From Fonticula alba ATCC 38817 (Eukaryota; Protista; Nucleariida): DNA of 46,661 nt. Both the position numbers and the translations under genes were made by a program. Shown piece after piece: positions 45,381 to 46,661 of this stretch; positions within the stretch are counted from its first letter, which is position 1, and each line of letters starts with the position of its first letter. The notes under the pieces are model-generated. The model had not been told where the DNA came from and searched no databases. It was given only the letters and a program-made list of their open reading frames with translations. The DNA is taken from assembly GCA_000388065.2 (NCBI GenBank), contig KB932202.1, one strand, 5' to 3'.

Positions 45381-46581
45381 TCAGTCCGACGTGTCCTTGG
45401 CATCGGTAGCGATGCCATCGGCGGTGTCGACAGCAGCGGCAGCCTCGGCGGCCTCGGCAGCAGCAGCAGCGGCGGCGGCGGCGGCCTTCTCCTCATTGGC
45501 CAAGAGCTGCTTGGCGCGCTCCTCGGCCCAAAGCTGGCTGAAGGCATCGCTATCGGCGTCAGCCTGGCGGAGGCGCTCGGCGTCGGCGGCGGCCGCAGAC
45601 TCAGCACCGTCCCCGCGCGAGAGCAGCTCGCGAATCCACGACATCTCCTCGCGAATGCCGGTCCGATGGGCGGTCATGCGCTCGGACATCCGCTGGTTGA
45701 AGGTCTCAATCTGGCAGGGAGGGAGGGGGGGAGGAGGGGGGGGGGCAGGAGATGAAGGGCGACCGGTGGCCAAAGCACAAGCACGAGTCAGACAGTGGAC
45801 GGGGCGAAGGGGAAAAGGCGACAGCCAGGGGAAACGACAGCAGGGGGACAGGGGGGGGGGGCAGGAGGGCGGAGGCAGAGACAGAGGCAGAGAGAGGAGG
45901 GTCCGGCAGCGAGGGGAGCCCACATACATCCCAGGCATCCAAATACCACAGGGCTCCGTAGGTGACACTACCGACCATGGCAAAGGCCAGCACCGTGCCA
46001 ATTAGCAGGGCCTTGGCCGCGAAGAGGACCCGGTCCTGGGTGGGCGGCGCATCCGGGTGCACATACTGGTCGTCCATCGACATGAAGAGAACCTCGCGGA
46101 AGACGCTGTTCGACTGGCCGATGCTCAGGGGATTGACCGGCGGGGCCTCGTGGATGTTGAGGGCCGTGGCCACGCCCGGGCCGGAGGGGAGCTCCTTCAA
46201 GGGGCCCTCAGCCTCGGCCGGGGGATCGTCCGGGGAGCCGGCCGCAGGGCTCGCCGAAAGGCTGGCCGAGGCGGCATGGCGGTCGGCGGCGGCCGCCGCC
46301 GCAGCGGCCACGGCTTCCGGGCTCTGGCCGGCGCGCTTGGCGGCAGCGGCGGCCGAGGCGGCCGCCGCCGCGGCCGCCGGGCTGGCCACACCGGAGGCCG
46401 CGGCCGCCGGGCTGCTCGGCCGGCGCAGGCGAATGCGCTTCACACCATCCGAGCCACCGGGGGGCGGTGACCCGGCGGCCGAGGACAACATGCGCAGGCC
46501 GATGCCAAAGGCCGGGCCGGCCCGGGAGGCGGGGCCCGAGAGCAGCGCGCGGCCGCTCACATGCGACAAGCGGGAAAGCAT
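45381..46581 (-). CDS. Two-exon mitochondrial-type membrane protein (~327 aa), C-terminal part resembling TMEM242/DUF1358/Aim11
   Basis: Model complement(join(45381..45710,45928..46581)), donor GTATGT, phase 0. Presequence-like start MLSRLSHVSGRALLSGPASRAG. FAAKALLIGTVLAFAMVGSVTYGALWYLDAWDIETFNQRM resembles remembered TMEM242 [39 protein letters not shown]. Confidence 0.7.
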
Positions 46582-46661
46582 GGGAAACAGCAGGAAGGGC
46601 GGGCGGGAAAGCAAGCGAGGGTGGTTGCTAGAGTGGGTACGGGGGAGGGGGAGGGGGGGGG

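Noticed and set aside
275-46470. Hundreds of long overlapping and antisense ORFs in the ORF track (e.g. 934-2859, 11682-13145, 24238-25914, 28062-30377)
   Set aside because: They are Arg/Pro/Gly-rich shadow frames expected from very high GC and stop scarcity, with no domain motifs; several span gaps or microsatellites.
1-46661. tRNA, rRNA, CRISPR arrays, transposases or viral genes
   Set aside because: No recognisable motifs were seen; the repeats found are simple micro- or minisatellites.

Overview
Intron-rich, very GC-rich eukaryotic genomic DNA with eight N-gaps. An ESCRT-0 STAM/Hse1 gene plus a septin point to an opisthokont; the composition and microsatellite-filled introns resemble the nucleariid Fonticula (inference). 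I assembled about 11 spliced genes by hand from GT..AG junctions with phase-checked exons. In order: a coiled-coil protein (3' exon only), STAM/Hse1, a divergent expanded APC5-like protein, Med17, a ~2,500-aa CaMKK/Sak1/Ssp1-type kinase, a septin, a Mis12-like coiled-coil protein, a DUF2062-like membrane protein, a tandem AAA+ ATPase, and two convergent mitochondrial-type membrane proteins. Most ORFs in the supplied track are GC-rich shadow ORFs. The top finding is at the DUF2062-like gene, which stops at TGA-CTA-G (38181-38187), the known programmed stop-codon readthrough context. It is followed in frame by 310 more sense codons, and the short form ends in a KxKxx ER-retrieval-like motif that readthrough would mask. 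Family assignments rest on motifs recalled from memory, not database searches.
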